A DNA stretch of 64,000 bases from a virus (taxonomy: Duplodnaviria; Caudoviricetes), in IMG/VR virus record IMGVR_UViG_2904399447_000014, positions 1 through 64,000 of that record; one strand, given 5' to 3'. Below are positions 45,901 through 55,614 of the stretch, one piece after another; within the stretch, counting starts at the first letter, position 1, and every line of letters begins with the position of its first letter. The position numbers were made by a program, and so were the translations under genes. A model generated the notes under the pieces. It was not told the origin of the DNA. It saw only the letters and a program-made list of their open reading frames with translations, and searched no databases.

Positions 45901-47426
45901 TTTATTTTTATAGACCGCAGTGCATATTTTTGTGCAGCCTGTGCATCCGTCAAAGCTCCAACATCTGCTGCCGATGGCTTGTTTAAAGAGGTATAGATTT
46001 GCCCCCATTTAACACCATTTTCAGGCTTATTCGAAAAACCTATGTAGCCGATTCCCAACCCTGAAATTGCAAGGTAACCGGAGGACGGAGCTGCATCGCA
46101 TGGAAGGCTGATTACCCCGGCTGCAATATTTCCCGTTATAGGCGGCTTATTGGCAGAAGAGGAATTTAAACGATAAATCTGTGCGGTATTGCAATATGCA
46201 TCATCGAAATGGCGACCACCAACACCCAGGCCAAACGCACCAACAGCCATCAGCTGACCACCAGAAACACCTACGTTTCGAGTGGCGGCATCTCCCAATT
46301 CAAGATTGCCGCGTGCTTTAGCTTTATCAGTAAGGTCTGCGAGATTACTGGTCTTCGCAAGATATCGCCCATCCGCTTCAGTCTTGTTATAAGCATTCAC
46401 ATCACCGGCCAGCAAGTTCACATCGCTACTTAATGGCTTGCCGTTAATTTTGATTGAGCGTAATGCATATTTTTGGGCAGCTTGCGCATCAGTAAGCGCC
46501 CCAACATCCGCAGCAGTCGGCTTGAACGCTTGTGTGTAGACTCGATCCCATTTTTCCGTTGATGTACCGTTATCTTTTCGCATCGAGCGGAGATAGAAAT
46601 CGGTATTTCCTGAGCCTAAAGCGAACTGAACATTCCGATATTCGTTAACCTTGAAGGTTAACAGCGTTCCTAACCCTCCTTGCACAGGATACCCAGGACT
46701 TGTAGCGGAGAGTGACTCAACAGTAAAGCCGTTAGCCCGGTCAATATCTGTATTAGCCTGTGTCGTGATTTTGTCCGAAAACACCAACCGGGTAACCCCC
46801 AGCGGGCCTGTCATATCCCCTCCGGCAAGTGGAACGAACGATTTTCCTGCCTTAACTGTCAACAGTCGGGTTGTGCGGGCATCGTTGATATCATCTGTCG
46901 GCTCATATGACACTTTTAATGAGAACCGCTTATCTACATTAATGCTCTCGGCCGGAACGCTGGTGGCATTTGAAGCCAAGTTGATACGGCAAACTTCGAC
47001 CATACCATCGAGGATACTTTTCTCATCATTCACAACGCGCAGGCTGGCAGCCTTAATTTTGGAATTCGCATCAACTTGGTCAGTAACAATACCTTGCCCG
47101 TACTTCGCCTCCAAAATGACGATGTTCAATTTTCCGGCTACCAAAGCTACAGCTTGCTCGGTTAGAAGCTGCACAGTGATCTGGTAACCATTGATATCAA
47201 CCGATGCGACACCAGGCTTAGTGCCGTTTGGCTTAACGATCACATTCAGGCCTTTACCAGGTACAACCGAAAATCCCTGGTATACGCCGGCGCCAAAAAT
47301 TCCATAGGCCTTGCGATTTAATGCTGATGACGCATAAGGCTCAAGATACTGAACGTCAGCCAACAGGCCACCGGCTTTTTGCGGGGCAACGATCGTGATG
47401 CCGCCAGAAGTTGTTATTGCCGTCAT
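42906..47426 (-). CDS. S: Tail fibre protein (1506 aa)
   Basis: N-terminus LLADVQYLEPYASSALNRK like P1 gpS constant region; TAATG coupling to R sets the start at 47426. Confidence 0.93.
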   Translation of the reverse strand: MTAITTSGGITIVAPQKAGGLLADVQYLEPYASSALNRKAYGIFGAGVYQGFSVVPGKGLNVIVKPNGTKPGVASVDINGYQITVQLLTEQAVALVAGKLNIVILEAKYGQGIVTDQVDANSKIKAASLRVVNDEKSILDGMVEVCRINLASNATSVPAESINVDKRFSLKVSYEPTDDINDARTTRLLTVKAGKSFVPLAGGDMTGPLGVTRLVFSDKITTQANTDIDRANGFTVESLSATSPGYPVQGGLGTLLTFKVNEYRNVQFALGSGNTDFYLRSMRKDNGTSTEKWDRVYTQAFKPTAADVGALTDAQAAQKYALRSIKINGKPLSSDVNLLAGDVNAYNKTEADGRYLAKTSNLADLTDKAKARGNLELGDAATRNVGVSGGQLMAVGAFGLGVGGRHFDDAYCNTAQIYRLNSSSANKPPITGNIAAGVISLPCDAAPSSGYLAISGLGIGYIGFSNKPENGVKWGQIYTSLNKPSAADVGALTDAQAAQKYALRSIKINGKPLSSDVNLLASDVNAWNKTESDGRYVKRAGDTIKDRLVIDGATVLPTQPLRPLSDSPALWMHGLSVSTFEYDDPNIKGYPTQAYSTLVNFSATEHRGLQLLSEKGTNNFWLRSADAGKYSPFVNLYHSGNKPSADDVLAADARCNFAAKKGVSRVLTGDAKPTSPGIWSVENSKWTPLAWGSLYVTTNLIDLTATSGNQNFLHYLFIGHGNGNKLFAATDVNGSFSGWSQYYSTAGKPTAADVGALTDAQAAQKYALRSIKVNGKPLTSDVNLLAGDVDAYNKAESDSRYFARGMTGTATDVAWNAPSGFYSTQATGMTSVLHFHLGGTGSTRAADFRFNYGNGGIAYRSSRDGFGYEKGWTKIYTELDKPKPADIGTLDTSEITDNYGAIAKLRIDTGTSPAWVLIGTISNLVQYGGTLTIDVIGGSGYNASERNNATQRIMVRTNNNSVAKVNDPYRALVTSHHYGNPAITEVRAVEVSANKYEIYALVGAFTKNIVTTVTASVNLSNWAYSFAIQEKVPVASIRFIANTYYHTGNKPAAEDVGAWSKEESDARFLLLAGGTVKTLAIKPGGTASESEALRVEGAAHTPIVISRPTSQSNLSIGFQVADKSLMRLGLALDNELHWGAEANQASNPRIYTTAKPPTAQETGALTDAQAAQKYALRSIKVNGKPLSGDVNLLAGDVNAWSKTEADGRYLMKSGGQLTGLLKTSAEIQSTSMDSFRMVGGKFGTFWRNDGDNLYLLLTKANDQFGGFNDLRPLTVNNETGSISLGTQLNLNNPDFVRKSGINSYQSGDVKFNQTNGYILQGAGDQYAQSYFLETVGQYTALRWRVRGGNSDGWPEFRNDGSLYLSGNFPCVKNSFGTTWHPDGNIESNLWGGYLSNWLNNNLNGRVDWGSFNSRSHISGNRNAWWYKDELTGYIHQGGVINRGDNYLNRVNFPRGFTQDCFGVQLTLAGHWGDSSANMEALNVGPGGFDSGMNGNERIAFWWAVGV
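43797..46525 (-). repeat. Four copies of an about 55-aa linker in the fibre (about 43797-43967, 45020-45190, 45810-45985, 46360-46525)
   Basis: KP(T/S)A.(D/E)(V/T)GALTDAQAAQKYALRSIK(I/V)NGKPL..DVNLLA.DV.A..K.E.D.RY repeated four times; third codon positions differ. Confidence 0.9.
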
Positions 47427-47875
47427 TATCCAGCCCTCTGGTCGATGGTTAACACAGCGGTGAAGGCTTTCCCACGATACAAAGTATCCTGTTGGCAGCA
47501 AAGCACAGCGAACGCTTTCCCATCCCCGTCAATCAGCATCATTGTATTGAAGTTGTATGGTGTATCCGCAGGAAGCAAGGAGTCCTGCAACGTAGCATTG
47601 ATGGTGATCAATCCTTCTTTTGCTGTACAAACGAGGTTGCACTCAGCAAATTTGTTCTTCAGATCACTTAGCGAATACGTCGATGGTATGTTCGCAATAT
47701 TCCAGCCTCCCGCAGGGTTGGCTGTTACCAGCGCCGACGTGCCAAAATATCCCTTCACCATTACGAACCTTGAACCAGCCCCGATCTCAGACTCCGCGCG
47801 CCGGTTGTAGAAATAATCCAGCAGTGCAGCTCGAAACAGCTTCCCGCCGGTCTGAACGGCCTTAATTTCTGCCAT
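47426..47875 (-). CDS. R: gpR tail fibre structure/assembly protein
   Basis: LLDYFYNRRAES..GSRF..FGTSALV..QDTLYRGK match P1 gpR. Confidence 0.9.
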   Translation of the reverse strand: MAEIKAVQTGGKLFRAALLDYFYNRRAESEIGAGSRFVMVKGYFGTSALVTANPAGGWNIANIPSTYSLSDLKNKFAECNLVCTAKEGLITINATLQDSLLPADTPYNFNTMMLIDGDGKAFAVLCCQQDTLYRGKAFTAVLTIDQRAG

Positions 47876-47910
47876 AGAAGAACGCCTGTGCAGTGGTTGA
47901 TTAGCAGGTG

Positions 47911-47929
47911 AGTTTAAGTAAAGTGAGTT
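47911..47929 (-). promoter_or_regulatory. Late promoter for R-S-U
   Basis: AACTCACTT-TACT-TAAACT. Confidence 0.8.
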
Positions 47930-47987
47930 TTAGAATTGAACATGCTGGCCCAGTGGGGCTGGGCCTGTCAGTGGAGAGTTCAACCGG

Positions 47988-49046
47988 TTAAAAGGTGTCT
48001 AGATAAATAATAGAGTTTATCTTTCCTACATCGGCGGCTGAAATCGGCAGTATCGCGCGGTCAATTCCATCAGGGAACTCGTACCCTATGATCCCGCCAG
48101 ATGTAAATTCTACATTGCAACCTCGGAAGCCGAGCGTCTGAATACTGGCTATGCCGTCCGCGACAACAAGTCGTGCGTCTGCTCCCTGCGTCGGGCGTAT
48201 CATTGGTACAGGCACCACATCAAGCGCCCAGGCATCGAGCCGCATATCGTCCATCTGGACGAGTACAGTCTCGAGGGGTCGGGGAATATTGCTGAGCGTT
48301 TGAGTTACCTTCAGATTAGTGGATACCGACTCGGCGGAGATCTCTGTTTGGAGTGATTCGATATACCAGGTACCGCTTTGGATCTTTGCGCTAGCGCCGG
48401 CGAGAGTGAATACGATTTTTCGTTCCACCAGCTCAAAGCGCAAATGATATCCCATGCCGTCAAACACAATGTGAAGCGGTATCAATGGCTCAATGACCAT
48501 TTTGAACTGACGCATGAACTCGTCTAGCACTTTGGACGGGTCAGTATCCGAATATACGTCGTAAACGTCGTTCAGCGCTACGCTGATGCGTCCGCGTGAG
48601 GTAAGGAAGAAATCACCATACTTCCCCTTTGCCGTCTCCAGCTCGTCCCTGGTGACGAAATACGAACCATATGGGAACTTAGCCTGGTCTACCGGTGCAT
48701 AAAGCGGTGCCCAGGTGGCAGCAAGGTTTTTGAACTCACGCCATAGCGTTGCCTCGATCGGACGGTTTGTCCCCTTGAAATGGATCTCATCCAGGCGCTG
48801 GGAAAGCAATACTGGCAGTGAGGCGCTATTCTTCCCATCGATATAAAAGAATTTCCCCAGCTCCCCCATACGTTTTCGCAAATCATCTTTATCCATTGAA
48901 TAAAGAGACTTTCTGTTGGCGGTGCGCTCTATTAATGGCATCACAATGCTATTCAACATAGACTGCACCACATCTGCAAAGCCCGCCCACAAACCTGAGT
49001 TTTGCTTGGCAGACGTCATTTGCTCCTTGAACCAATTATCTTTCAT
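47988..49046 (-). CDS. 16: gp16 baseplate/tail protein with C-terminal extension
   Basis: NWF..TSAKQ, RLDEIHFKGT.RPI, PLHIVFDG match P1 gp16. Confidence 0.88.
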   Translation of the reverse strand: MKDNWFKEQMTSAKQNSGLWAGFADVVQSMLNSIVMPLIERTANRKSLYSMDKDDLRKRMGELGKFFYIDGKNSASLPVLLSQRLDEIHFKGTNRPIEATLWREFKNLAATWAPLYAPVDQAKFPYGSYFVTRDELETAKGKYGDFFLTSRGRISVALNDVYDVYSDTDPSKVLDEFMRQFKMVIEPLIPLHIVFDGMGYHLRFELVERKIVFTLAGASAKIQSGTWYIESLQTEISAESVSTNLKVTQTLSNIPRPLETVLVQMDDMRLDAWALDVVPVPMIRPTQGADARLVVADGIASIQTLGFRGCNVEFTSGGIIGYEFPDGIDRAILPISAADVGKINSIIYLDTF

Positions 49047-49054
49047 CGCCTGCC

Positions 49055-50467
49055 TCAGTATTTAAGGTCAAATATCGACTTTGTTACATCCAAGAAAATA
49101 AAATCGTTTAGCGCGGCGGCATCACTCATATTCTTGATGTCAAGATTAAATTTTGAAAGCAGCCCTGTTGACTCAATTATTGCCCAGATTTCATTGTGAG
49201 AAACTCGTGCGAACTCCCCTGATTCATCACGTTCGAAGTTGCTAGAGTCTTTTCCTGCTTTAGCCTCTAACGCTTCACGAATTTTTCTCTCAGCTTCTGA
49301 AATTATTTCACTTTTCTTAACCGTACCGGAAACGGAAATTGTAAATGGTCTTTCATTAGTTTTAACGTAAACAAAATTCTTATTTAATTCGTTTGGAATC
49401 CCTTTGAAAGTGTCTAAAACCATCGTTTCCATTTGTGCCTGCGTCAACCCCTTCTTGTGGCCGCAAAAAAATACAGTGTTGATATTCTTTAGAGATTTAA
49501 CGCCGGTTGAACGCTCCTGTTCCTTCTCGCCCCAAGCATTGATCCAGCTAATATTAGGGATCTGTGTGCGAAGATAAAATTTATAGTCCGCCCCCCACAC
49601 TACCTGGCCGTCATAAGCGGTAAAATATTGCGCTCTGCTTCTCGTTTCCTCTGTCGTTTCATACCCGGCGCCGTTCGTGATTGGTGTCTCAGTCTTGATC
49701 TCTATCTGGCCTGATAATTCCGACGAATCTGCATACGGTGTCAATGCCTGGCCTTGTACCAGTGTTATGTCGCCATCACTCAGCCAAACATCTAAAATCA
49801 CCTGTTCACCGCTGGCCGGCATCTTGCCAATAGAACCATCACCAAAGCGAACACCAATCTGTTCCGTTGGCCGATAGAACTTCACGTAATGAAGGCTATT
49901 CTTATTTGAAAGTCGAAACTGAGGGTTTTCTTCCCATCGGCGGGCAACACCATTATCGGTAACGGAAACATCAATATTCACGCATCTTTTTGTCATAGCC
50001 TTAGTTAGTGTGAAAGACAAAAACTCAGTTTCGTTTTCAACATCAAATATCAGCCTTTCCCGCTCAAGCTGTTTTGTTTGAACACCATGTTTTGTTTCGC
50101 CAGGCTTCAATATAACCGGTTCAACAAGCATGTAACGTTTTTGCTCGTCGGATATCAAATCAGTATAGATAGCTAATGATTGTGGTTTCTGAGTTTTATT
50201 AATTACCGTGGAAGTCCCGTATGATGGGGTTATCTGTCGAGTCACATAGCCTCTATCCTCAGCAGCAGCAAGAATTGATGAACGTTTTGTCGCTGTACTA
50301 ATAAAACCTTCAGTTAATGCCTTCTCGGCGGCAGTCTGACAGGCATACATGAGTTGACTAACCATAATCGCCAGCATTTTCATAAACTGGCTGTTTACAA
50401 ATCGACTCCACCATACATTTTGCTGAATGAGAGCCGTGAACTTATCCAATATATCTTGCGAGGTCAT
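49055..50467 (-). CDS. bplA: Baseplate wedge protein
   Basis: WWSRFVNSQF, FISTATKRSSILAAAE, VRFGDGSIGKMP; P1 synteny. Confidence 0.88.
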   Translation of the reverse strand: MTSQDILDKFTALIQQNVWWSRFVNSQFMKMLAIMVSQLMYACQTAAEKALTEGFISTATKRSSILAAAEDRGYVTRQITPSYGTSTVINKTQKPQSLAIYTDLISDEQKRYMLVEPVILKPGETKHGVQTKQLERERLIFDVENETEFLSFTLTKAMTKRCVNIDVSVTDNGVARRWEENPQFRLSNKNSLHYVKFYRPTEQIGVRFGDGSIGKMPASGEQVILDVWLSDGDITLVQGQALTPYADSSELSGQIEIKTETPITNGAGYETTEETRSRAQYFTAYDGQVVWGADYKFYLRTQIPNISWINAWGEKEQERSTGVKSLKNINTVFFCGHKKGLTQAQMETMVLDTFKGIPNELNKNFVYVKTNERPFTISVSGTVKKSEIISEAERKIREALEAKAGKDSSNFERDESGEFARVSHNEIWAIIESTGLLSKFNLDIKNMSDAAALNDFIFLDVTKSIFDLKY

Positions 50468-50471
50468 TACG

Positions 50472-50819
50472 TTACTCCTTTTTCATTGCCCAGGTAAGTT
50501 CCTGGTTAGGTATCCCAATAGTCAGGACAAACACATCAATCTCAGCTGGTTCTATCCTGATCCCCTCCAACTTCAGATCAGCTATATCGCTCATCATTTT
50601 GATGATGATCTCATTTTCAATGGCTACCAGCGTGTGCACGCTGTCCAGAGGCTCATGTTTAAAGCGTGCCAGGGGATTTCCGTACTCTGGAAGGCCATAA
50701 ACACTGCCCTCCGGTGTGTGTAACCAGTCCTCTATACGCGCTTCCATTGCCTCTACATCACCCAATTTGATGGTCACGCCTTCCCCGGTAACGCGCAGGA
50801 GGCTATCTATCTCGTTCAT
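50472..50819 (-). CDS. pmgA: gp25-like baseplate protein
   Basis: WLHTPEGSVYGLPEYGN motif; P1 synteny. Confidence 0.82.
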   Translation of the reverse strand: MNEIDSLLRVTGEGVTIKLGDVEAMEARIEDWLHTPEGSVYGLPEYGNPLARFKHEPLDSVHTLVAIENEIIIKMMSDIADLKLEGIRIEPAEIDVFVLTIGIPNQELTWAMKKE

Positions 50820-50849
50820 TTGAATACCTATGCTGGGAGCAAGGAGGAT

Positions 50850-50868
50850 AATTTAGGCGAAGTGAGTT
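50850..50868 (-). promoter_or_regulatory. Late promoter for pmgA-bplA-16
   Basis: AACTCACTT-CGCC-TAAATT directly after an 11-bp-stem hairpin (50870-50897) ending sit. Confidence 0.8.
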
Positions 50869-50899
50869 AATGAGTGCGGCAGGGATGCCGCACTCATCG

Positions 50900-53800
50900 T
50901 TAGCCGAAGAGTTTTTCGAGGGCGCGATCTGATATCGCAGTTGGCACCTCAGTTCGCGGCGCAGGTTGCGGGCTGTGAGTAGTCATGTTGATATTTGCGT
51001 CTTTTGGCTCAGGCTTCACATTGAGTTGTTTCTCAACGGCTTTGGCAATACGTTCAAGCCAAGACAGAGTTTCATCATCGCTGCTGCGGGATTCATTATC
51101 TCTTTGATAGACTGGCGCCACGCCGCTGGCCGCCAGGTTTGGGATCGGTGGCGGCGGAGACGTTTGAAATGCCGAAACAGCCTGTTGAGTAAGGCTGTTG
51201 GATTTTCCTCCGATAGCGTTAGCAACTGTATCGCTCAGGAATGAAAACGGCGTATCGGCCATCAGGCCAGATATGACTGATGAAACACCTCCGCCAACAG
51301 TATCACCGGCCGTCACTGCGAATGAGGATAGTGGGTTATCAATATCAACCCCAATCGACTGGAGGGCACTACGTGCAGCATCTTCCATCACCCCTTTCCC
51401 CGACTCCATAGCTACGCTGCCAATACCTGAAGCCATATCTTTTGTCTCATCCCACCAGCTGGTATCCCCATTAGCAGCGTTATCCTGCTGTGACGGACTC
51501 GAGCCAGGTAGAACTTTGCGGGCTTTTTTTACTTCGCTGGCGGGTACAATCTGCATCGGTTGCTCTTGAGCGCCATTAACGGGGGGAGGCATAATTGCGC
51601 CAGATTCAGCACCTTGTTCGACTCCACTCCCGATCCTGCTGGTGGCCCTCCGCTGGAGTGCGGCAATAGCATCCGGTGAATTTGATGCCTGTTGTAAGGC
51701 ACCCGGTAACTTGTCGTTTATCGGCACTGTTAGGCCACGATCTGGCGCGGGTACAGTCAGGCCTTCTACATCAAACATTCCAGTCAATGCAGCGTCGCTT
51801 TTACCTCCAAGTTCGCCCAAATACGTCGCGGCAGTGTCATATGCTTCGGTGGCTGCCTCGGTGACGCGCGCGCCCATAGATTGCTTTTCCGGACGAGAGA
51901 ATTGCGCGCTGCTGGAAATGGCTTCAAGGCCATCAGCCTGGCGCTGCTGATTAATGATTGACAGCGTTTCTGGGTTAAATTGACCAACCCACTTTTTACC
52001 GGAACGTTCGCCAATTGCTGTTTTTATAAATTGATCAGAAACCTGCGGCGCCCCACCTTCGATAGTAGCTATCTGCCGCATTACTTTTGTCATGACGTCC
52101 GCATTGCGCAGATCAAGCCGATCGCTCTCCCTCACGCCCAAGGACTTCGACAGCTGAGCAATATAGCCCTCGGTATCATTCTCGCCACTTGGGGCATATT
52201 TAGAGATAATCCCCCTTACGGTGTCTACTTTTTGATATCCAATTGCTTTTGATGTTCCTTCTGCATAACTGCTAAGCTGATTCGCTAGCGCACGAAATCC
52301 CTCTTCAGGAGAGTCAAATTTAGCAAAACGACGTTCACCTTTTGCATTGGCTTTCTCTAACTCAGCACCGGCTTGGCCCGCATACTCCAGGTTGCCAAAG
52401 TTGTTATTCCTAAACGCCCTGGTATGCGCATTAGCGCCACCTATATTTAATTCATTCGAAACATTATTAAACGCCGGAGCTGATCCATCAGTTGCAGATA
52501 TGCCAGATGCGAGTGATGGGTCGGCCATGCCAGGCATTACGGACTGAAGAGAACTATCCAGGTCTTTAATTGCTTCTGTAGTTTGTTTCGCACCTGCGCG
52601 TATTGCGTCGACCTGGCTATCGCTACCCGAGTCAAAAAACTCTTTTACACTGCTGACGCCATTGTCTAAGGACTGTGCAATATCACTGGTACTAAATGTT
52701 AGGCCATCCGCCACACCATCCATACCGAGCCAGCGAGCGCCGTCAGCCATGAAGCCGGCACCACCGGACACCAATCCACCCATGTCGATTATATTGGCGG
52801 CAGCATATTCGCTTTTATGACGGCCGGAAACATCCTGACCTTCAGCCAATTTAAACGCCCCTCTCTGTGCTTCACTATCACTGAAGCCATCGATCGCATC
52901 GATGCCGGCGCCTATAATCGTCCCTACAATTGGAATCGCCTTCAGAGCACCTTTTGCAGCCAGCTTGCCAGCGGCTTTTTCCGCAACCTTTTCACCTACA
53001 GCTTTTTCTGCTGCATGTTCTGCCGTAGTGACAGAAGCTTTCTCTACCCCCTTTTTACTCGCGTTCTTCCCAGTAGACGCCGTAATGGTTTCTGCGTTCG
53101 TTGCTGGTGGTTTAGCTGAAACTCTATTGCGAGCCATTTTCCGGCCGCGCTTAGACTTGGAGCGAGATTTACGCGATTTTTGCTGTGCTTTGACGTCCTC
53201 TGGTTGTTTTGGTACCTCAACGCCCTTCTTTCCTGCTGGATTTTCGATATTGGCGCCAACAGCCTCAGTAACTTCGCTACTACTGCCAAATACCCCCTTA
53301 ATAGCTCCATATGCACCAACAGCTACAGCTCCTGCACCAGCGGCCACTTTCGTCAGCCTGCCTCCTTTCCCCTTTGGCGATCCGGCGGATGGAATATGCT
53401 TCCCATGCATACCACCAGTAGTAACCGGCCCACGCCCAGGGCGCGGCATGATATCGTTGATATCACCTGCACCAGCCAAGCGTTTAAATAGTTTTACGAG
53501 TACCCCGCCGCCCAACGCTAACGATAGCCCCCCCAGAATTCGAGATCCCAAGGCCTTTCCGATAGCCTTCCCGCCCAGGCCCGCTAAAATCCCGCCAAGG
53601 ATACCGCGCCCACCTTTGCTACCCTTGGAGTCCTTGTCTCTGATTTCACCCAGAACGCGGATAATCTCTTCATCGGATTTTGCTAACTGTTCCTGCTGCG
53701 ATTCCATAACGGAGATCACTTTACCGGTGGTGCTCGCACTGTAGGCTTGTTGCGATTTAGTCGGTGCACTGACATCCGGGAATTTTATCGGCGCCTGGGT

Positions 53801-54658
53801 TGTAGCATTTGGAAGGTCTTTGCGTTTATCCCGCCACTCTTTGAGACTTATCACCTTGTCGTTAATGCCACCGATCAGATCAGCCGCTTCTTTACCTGCG
53901 CTAAACAGAACGCCTCCAGCTGCCATCCCAGCAACCTCCGCAGCCTCCCCATCACCATTCTTACTGGAGAAAAATGACGCCAAGCGTTTTAGTAGGCTTT
54001 TTTCATCCTTGTCCTTTTCGTCCTCAATGTCAGACTCAACCGTGTCCTTTGATATAAATCGTCCATTCTCTCCCCGTGCACCGAGTTTTCCCTCACTTCT
54101 TTGTATTGCTTGTGTTTTTGATGAGTCGCCATCATCTAGCAAATGCAATTTTCTAGCTGTATTACCGATTGCAGAATAAATGTTTTCGCTTGCATTAATT
54201 GGGCCGCCAGCCAGTTCAGAAGGCCGATTACCGTCATGCGCATGCGATAACATGTCAATTGATTGCAATTTACTGCCAGTAGCATGACTTTTATCAATGG
54301 CGACGTTTTTTGGCGGAAAATTACCGATAAAAGATGATTTTTGATTTTTATTATCACCAATTTGAAATCTTTCGCCTGATACAGATAGCTCAACGCGGCC
54401 GTTACTATTGCGAATATCATGTAACTGATTGCGCCCATGAGTGGGATAGGAGTCATTAGCTGGCTCTTGACGCCGAGTGATCTGGGCAATGATAGAAGCA
54501 TTAGACTTCTGTAACTTAACGTCGTTCGAGCGGCCTGTTGGTGAGCGGCTTACGATTGCTCGGTGTATATCAGTAAGTACATCGAGTTCTTTCGCACTGG
54601 CGTTCTCAATCGCCTCGATGATAGACAGTATTTCTGTTGGCTTAGTTTGTGCCGGCAT
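50900..54658 (-). CDS. sit: Tape measure protein with lysozyme-like domain
   Basis: 1252 aa, Gly/Ala-rich; RNNNFGNL..FDSPEEGFRAL..IISKYAP..NDTEGY domain; P1 synteny. Confidence 0.88.
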   Translation of the reverse strand: MPAQTKPTEILSIIEAIENASAKELDVLTDIHRAIVSRSPTGRSNDVKLQKSNASIIAQITRRQEPANDSYPTHGRNQLHDIRNSNGRVELSVSGERFQIGDNKNQKSSFIGNFPPKNVAIDKSHATGSKLQSIDMLSHAHDGNRPSELAGGPINASENIYSAIGNTARKLHLLDDGDSSKTQAIQRSEGKLGARGENGRFISKDTVESDIEDEKDKDEKSLLKRLASFFSSKNGDGEAAEVAGMAAGGVLFSAGKEAADLIGGINDKVISLKEWRDKRKDLPNATTQAPIKFPDVSAPTKSQQAYSASTTGKVISVMESQQEQLAKSDEEIIRVLGEIRDKDSKGSKGGRGILGGILAGLGGKAIGKALGSRILGGLSLALGGGVLVKLFKRLAGAGDINDIMPRPGRGPVTTGGMHGKHIPSAGSPKGKGGRLTKVAAGAGAVAVGAYGAIKGVFGSSSEVTEAVGANIENPAGKKGVEVPKQPEDVKAQQKSRKSRSKSKRGRKMARNRVSAKPPATNAETITASTGKNASKKGVEKASVTTAEHAAEKAVGEKVAEKAAGKLAAKGALKAIPIVGTIIGAGIDAIDGFSDSEAQRGAFKLAEGQDVSGRHKSEYAAANIIDMGGLVSGGAGFMADGARWLGMDGVADGLTFSTSDIAQSLDNGVSSVKEFFDSGSDSQVDAIRAGAKQTTEAIKDLDSSLQSVMPGMADPSLASGISATDGSAPAFNNVSNELNIGGANAHTRAFRNNNFGNLEYAGQAGAELEKANAKGERRFAKFDSPEEGFRALANQLSSYAEGTSKAIGYQKVDTVRGIISKYAPSGENDTEGYIAQLSKSLGVRESDRLDLRNADVMTKVMRQIATIEGGAPQVSDQFIKTAIGERSGKKWVGQFNPETLSIINQQRQADGLEAISSSAQFSRPEKQSMGARVTEAATEAYDTAATYLGELGGKSDAALTGMFDVEGLTVPAPDRGLTVPINDKLPGALQQASNSPDAIAALQRRATSRIGSGVEQGAESGAIMPPPVNGAQEQPMQIVPASEVKKARKVLPGSSPSQQDNAANGDTSWWDETKDMASGIGSVAMESGKGVMEDAARSALQSIGVDIDNPLSSFAVTAGDTVGGGVSSVISGLMADTPFSFLSDTVANAIGGKSNSLTQQAVSAFQTSPPPPIPNLAASGVAPVYQRDNESRSSDDETLSWLERIAKAVEKQLNVKPEPKDANINMTTHSPQPAPRTEVPTAISDRALEKLFG

Positions 54659-54810
54659 TATCGTTTACCTGACGAGTTTTTAATCATTTGAACCAGGTCA
54701 TCAACCATCTTGAAAGCACGCCACTGGGGCAGGCGCTCTATATCACCGATCGACTGCTTTCCGTATAAGGCAAGGTCATGAATCAGGGTCACCCAGGAAT
54801 TTAACGACAT
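54658..54810 (-). CDS. 50-aa baseplate hub/tail assembly factor (not in ORF track)
   Basis: MSLNSWVTLIHDLALYGKQSIGDIERLPQWRAFKMVDDLVQMIKNSSGKR; overlaps pmgB end in +1 frame; TAATG-coupled to sit. Confidence 0.7.
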   Translation of the reverse strand: MSLNSWVTLIHDLALYGKQSIGDIERLPQWRAFKMVDDLVQMIKNSSGKR

Positions 54811-55606
54811 GGCCTGGAAGGTAGTTGACACCCCGAAACTGAAAGAAAAGGCGTGTAGAAATCGCCTGTCCCTCCTTAGCCAAAGTTGGGCAGTTATGCG
54901 GCTTGATATATAGCTGGGCTTTTCCCTTGTGGATCGTAATTGGTAGCCCGTGGCGTAAGGTTTCTTGCATCTTCCTTACGCCGGCTGCCAGCGGCACAAA
55001 CTCCGAATTGACTTCCATGCTACGAATCAGCTCGTATCGCATTTCCGCTGCCTCTTGGAACTCCTGGGGCTGTTCGGCCAAATGAGCCTGCAAGGTGATC
55101 TCCACCAGCCGTAAATTCGCTAATTCCGTTTCATAATTAGGTGCACCTGGAGCCGGTAGGTTCGAATACATCATTTCTAAATGCTCCATACCCAGACCAT
55201 CGATAGGTTTCAAGTGCCATTGATGTGGCACACCTTTAACCGGAATGGTTACTTCGACATAGGGGGGGATTGTCAGCAGCTCTAAATCCTCAGCCAAATC
55301 GCACAGGTCAAAGTCATAGTGATGCAGCTCCCCACAATGGCCACATTGATAACTTACGGTCTGTTCTGCACCGTTTGGTTGCGAATGTGTATGAATCCAC
55401 CACAACGCCGTGCGGCGGTCTTGAGCCGTCCATCGAGCACTATCCTGCACATCTCCGATCTGCATTGTATTGAGGTATCGCGTCGTAGCCTGTTCTTCTT
55501 GTTCCGGCGCCGTCCCGCAAAACTCCAGAGCATCATTAACCGCCGGCGCCCGAAACTGGATTTCGTTCTTTGGATTTGAGGGTTGGTAGAGGGTAGGGAT
55601 AAACAT
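54776..55606 (-). CDS. pmgB: PmgB baseplate hub assembly protein
   Basis: CGHCGE zinc knuckle, WTAQDRRTALWWI; lies between tub and sit. Confidence 0.8.
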   Translation of the reverse strand: MFIPTLYQPSNPKNEIQFRAPAVNDALEFCGTAPEQEEQATTRYLNTMQIGDVQDSARWTAQDRRTALWWIHTHSQPNGAEQTVSYQCGHCGELHHYDFDLCDLAEDLELLTIPPYVEVTIPVKGVPHQWHLKPIDGLGMEHLEMMYSNLPAPGAPNYETELANLRLVEITLQAHLAEQPQEFQEAAEMRYELIRSMEVNSEFVPLAAGVRKMQETLRHGLPITIHKGKAQLYIKPHNCPTLAKEGQAISTRLFFQFRGVNYLPGHVVKFLGDPDS

Positions 55607-55614
55607 ATTTCGCC

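Noticed and set aside
43797-46525. Fibre repeats as CRISPR, DGR or shufflon
   Set aside because: Repeats are in-frame coding and synonymously diverged; no cas, reverse transcriptase or invertase nearby
52902-53744. 280-aa + strand ORF and other long antisense ORFs over sit, darB, ddrB, S and 23
   Set aside because: Explained by codon bias of the real genes on the opposite strand
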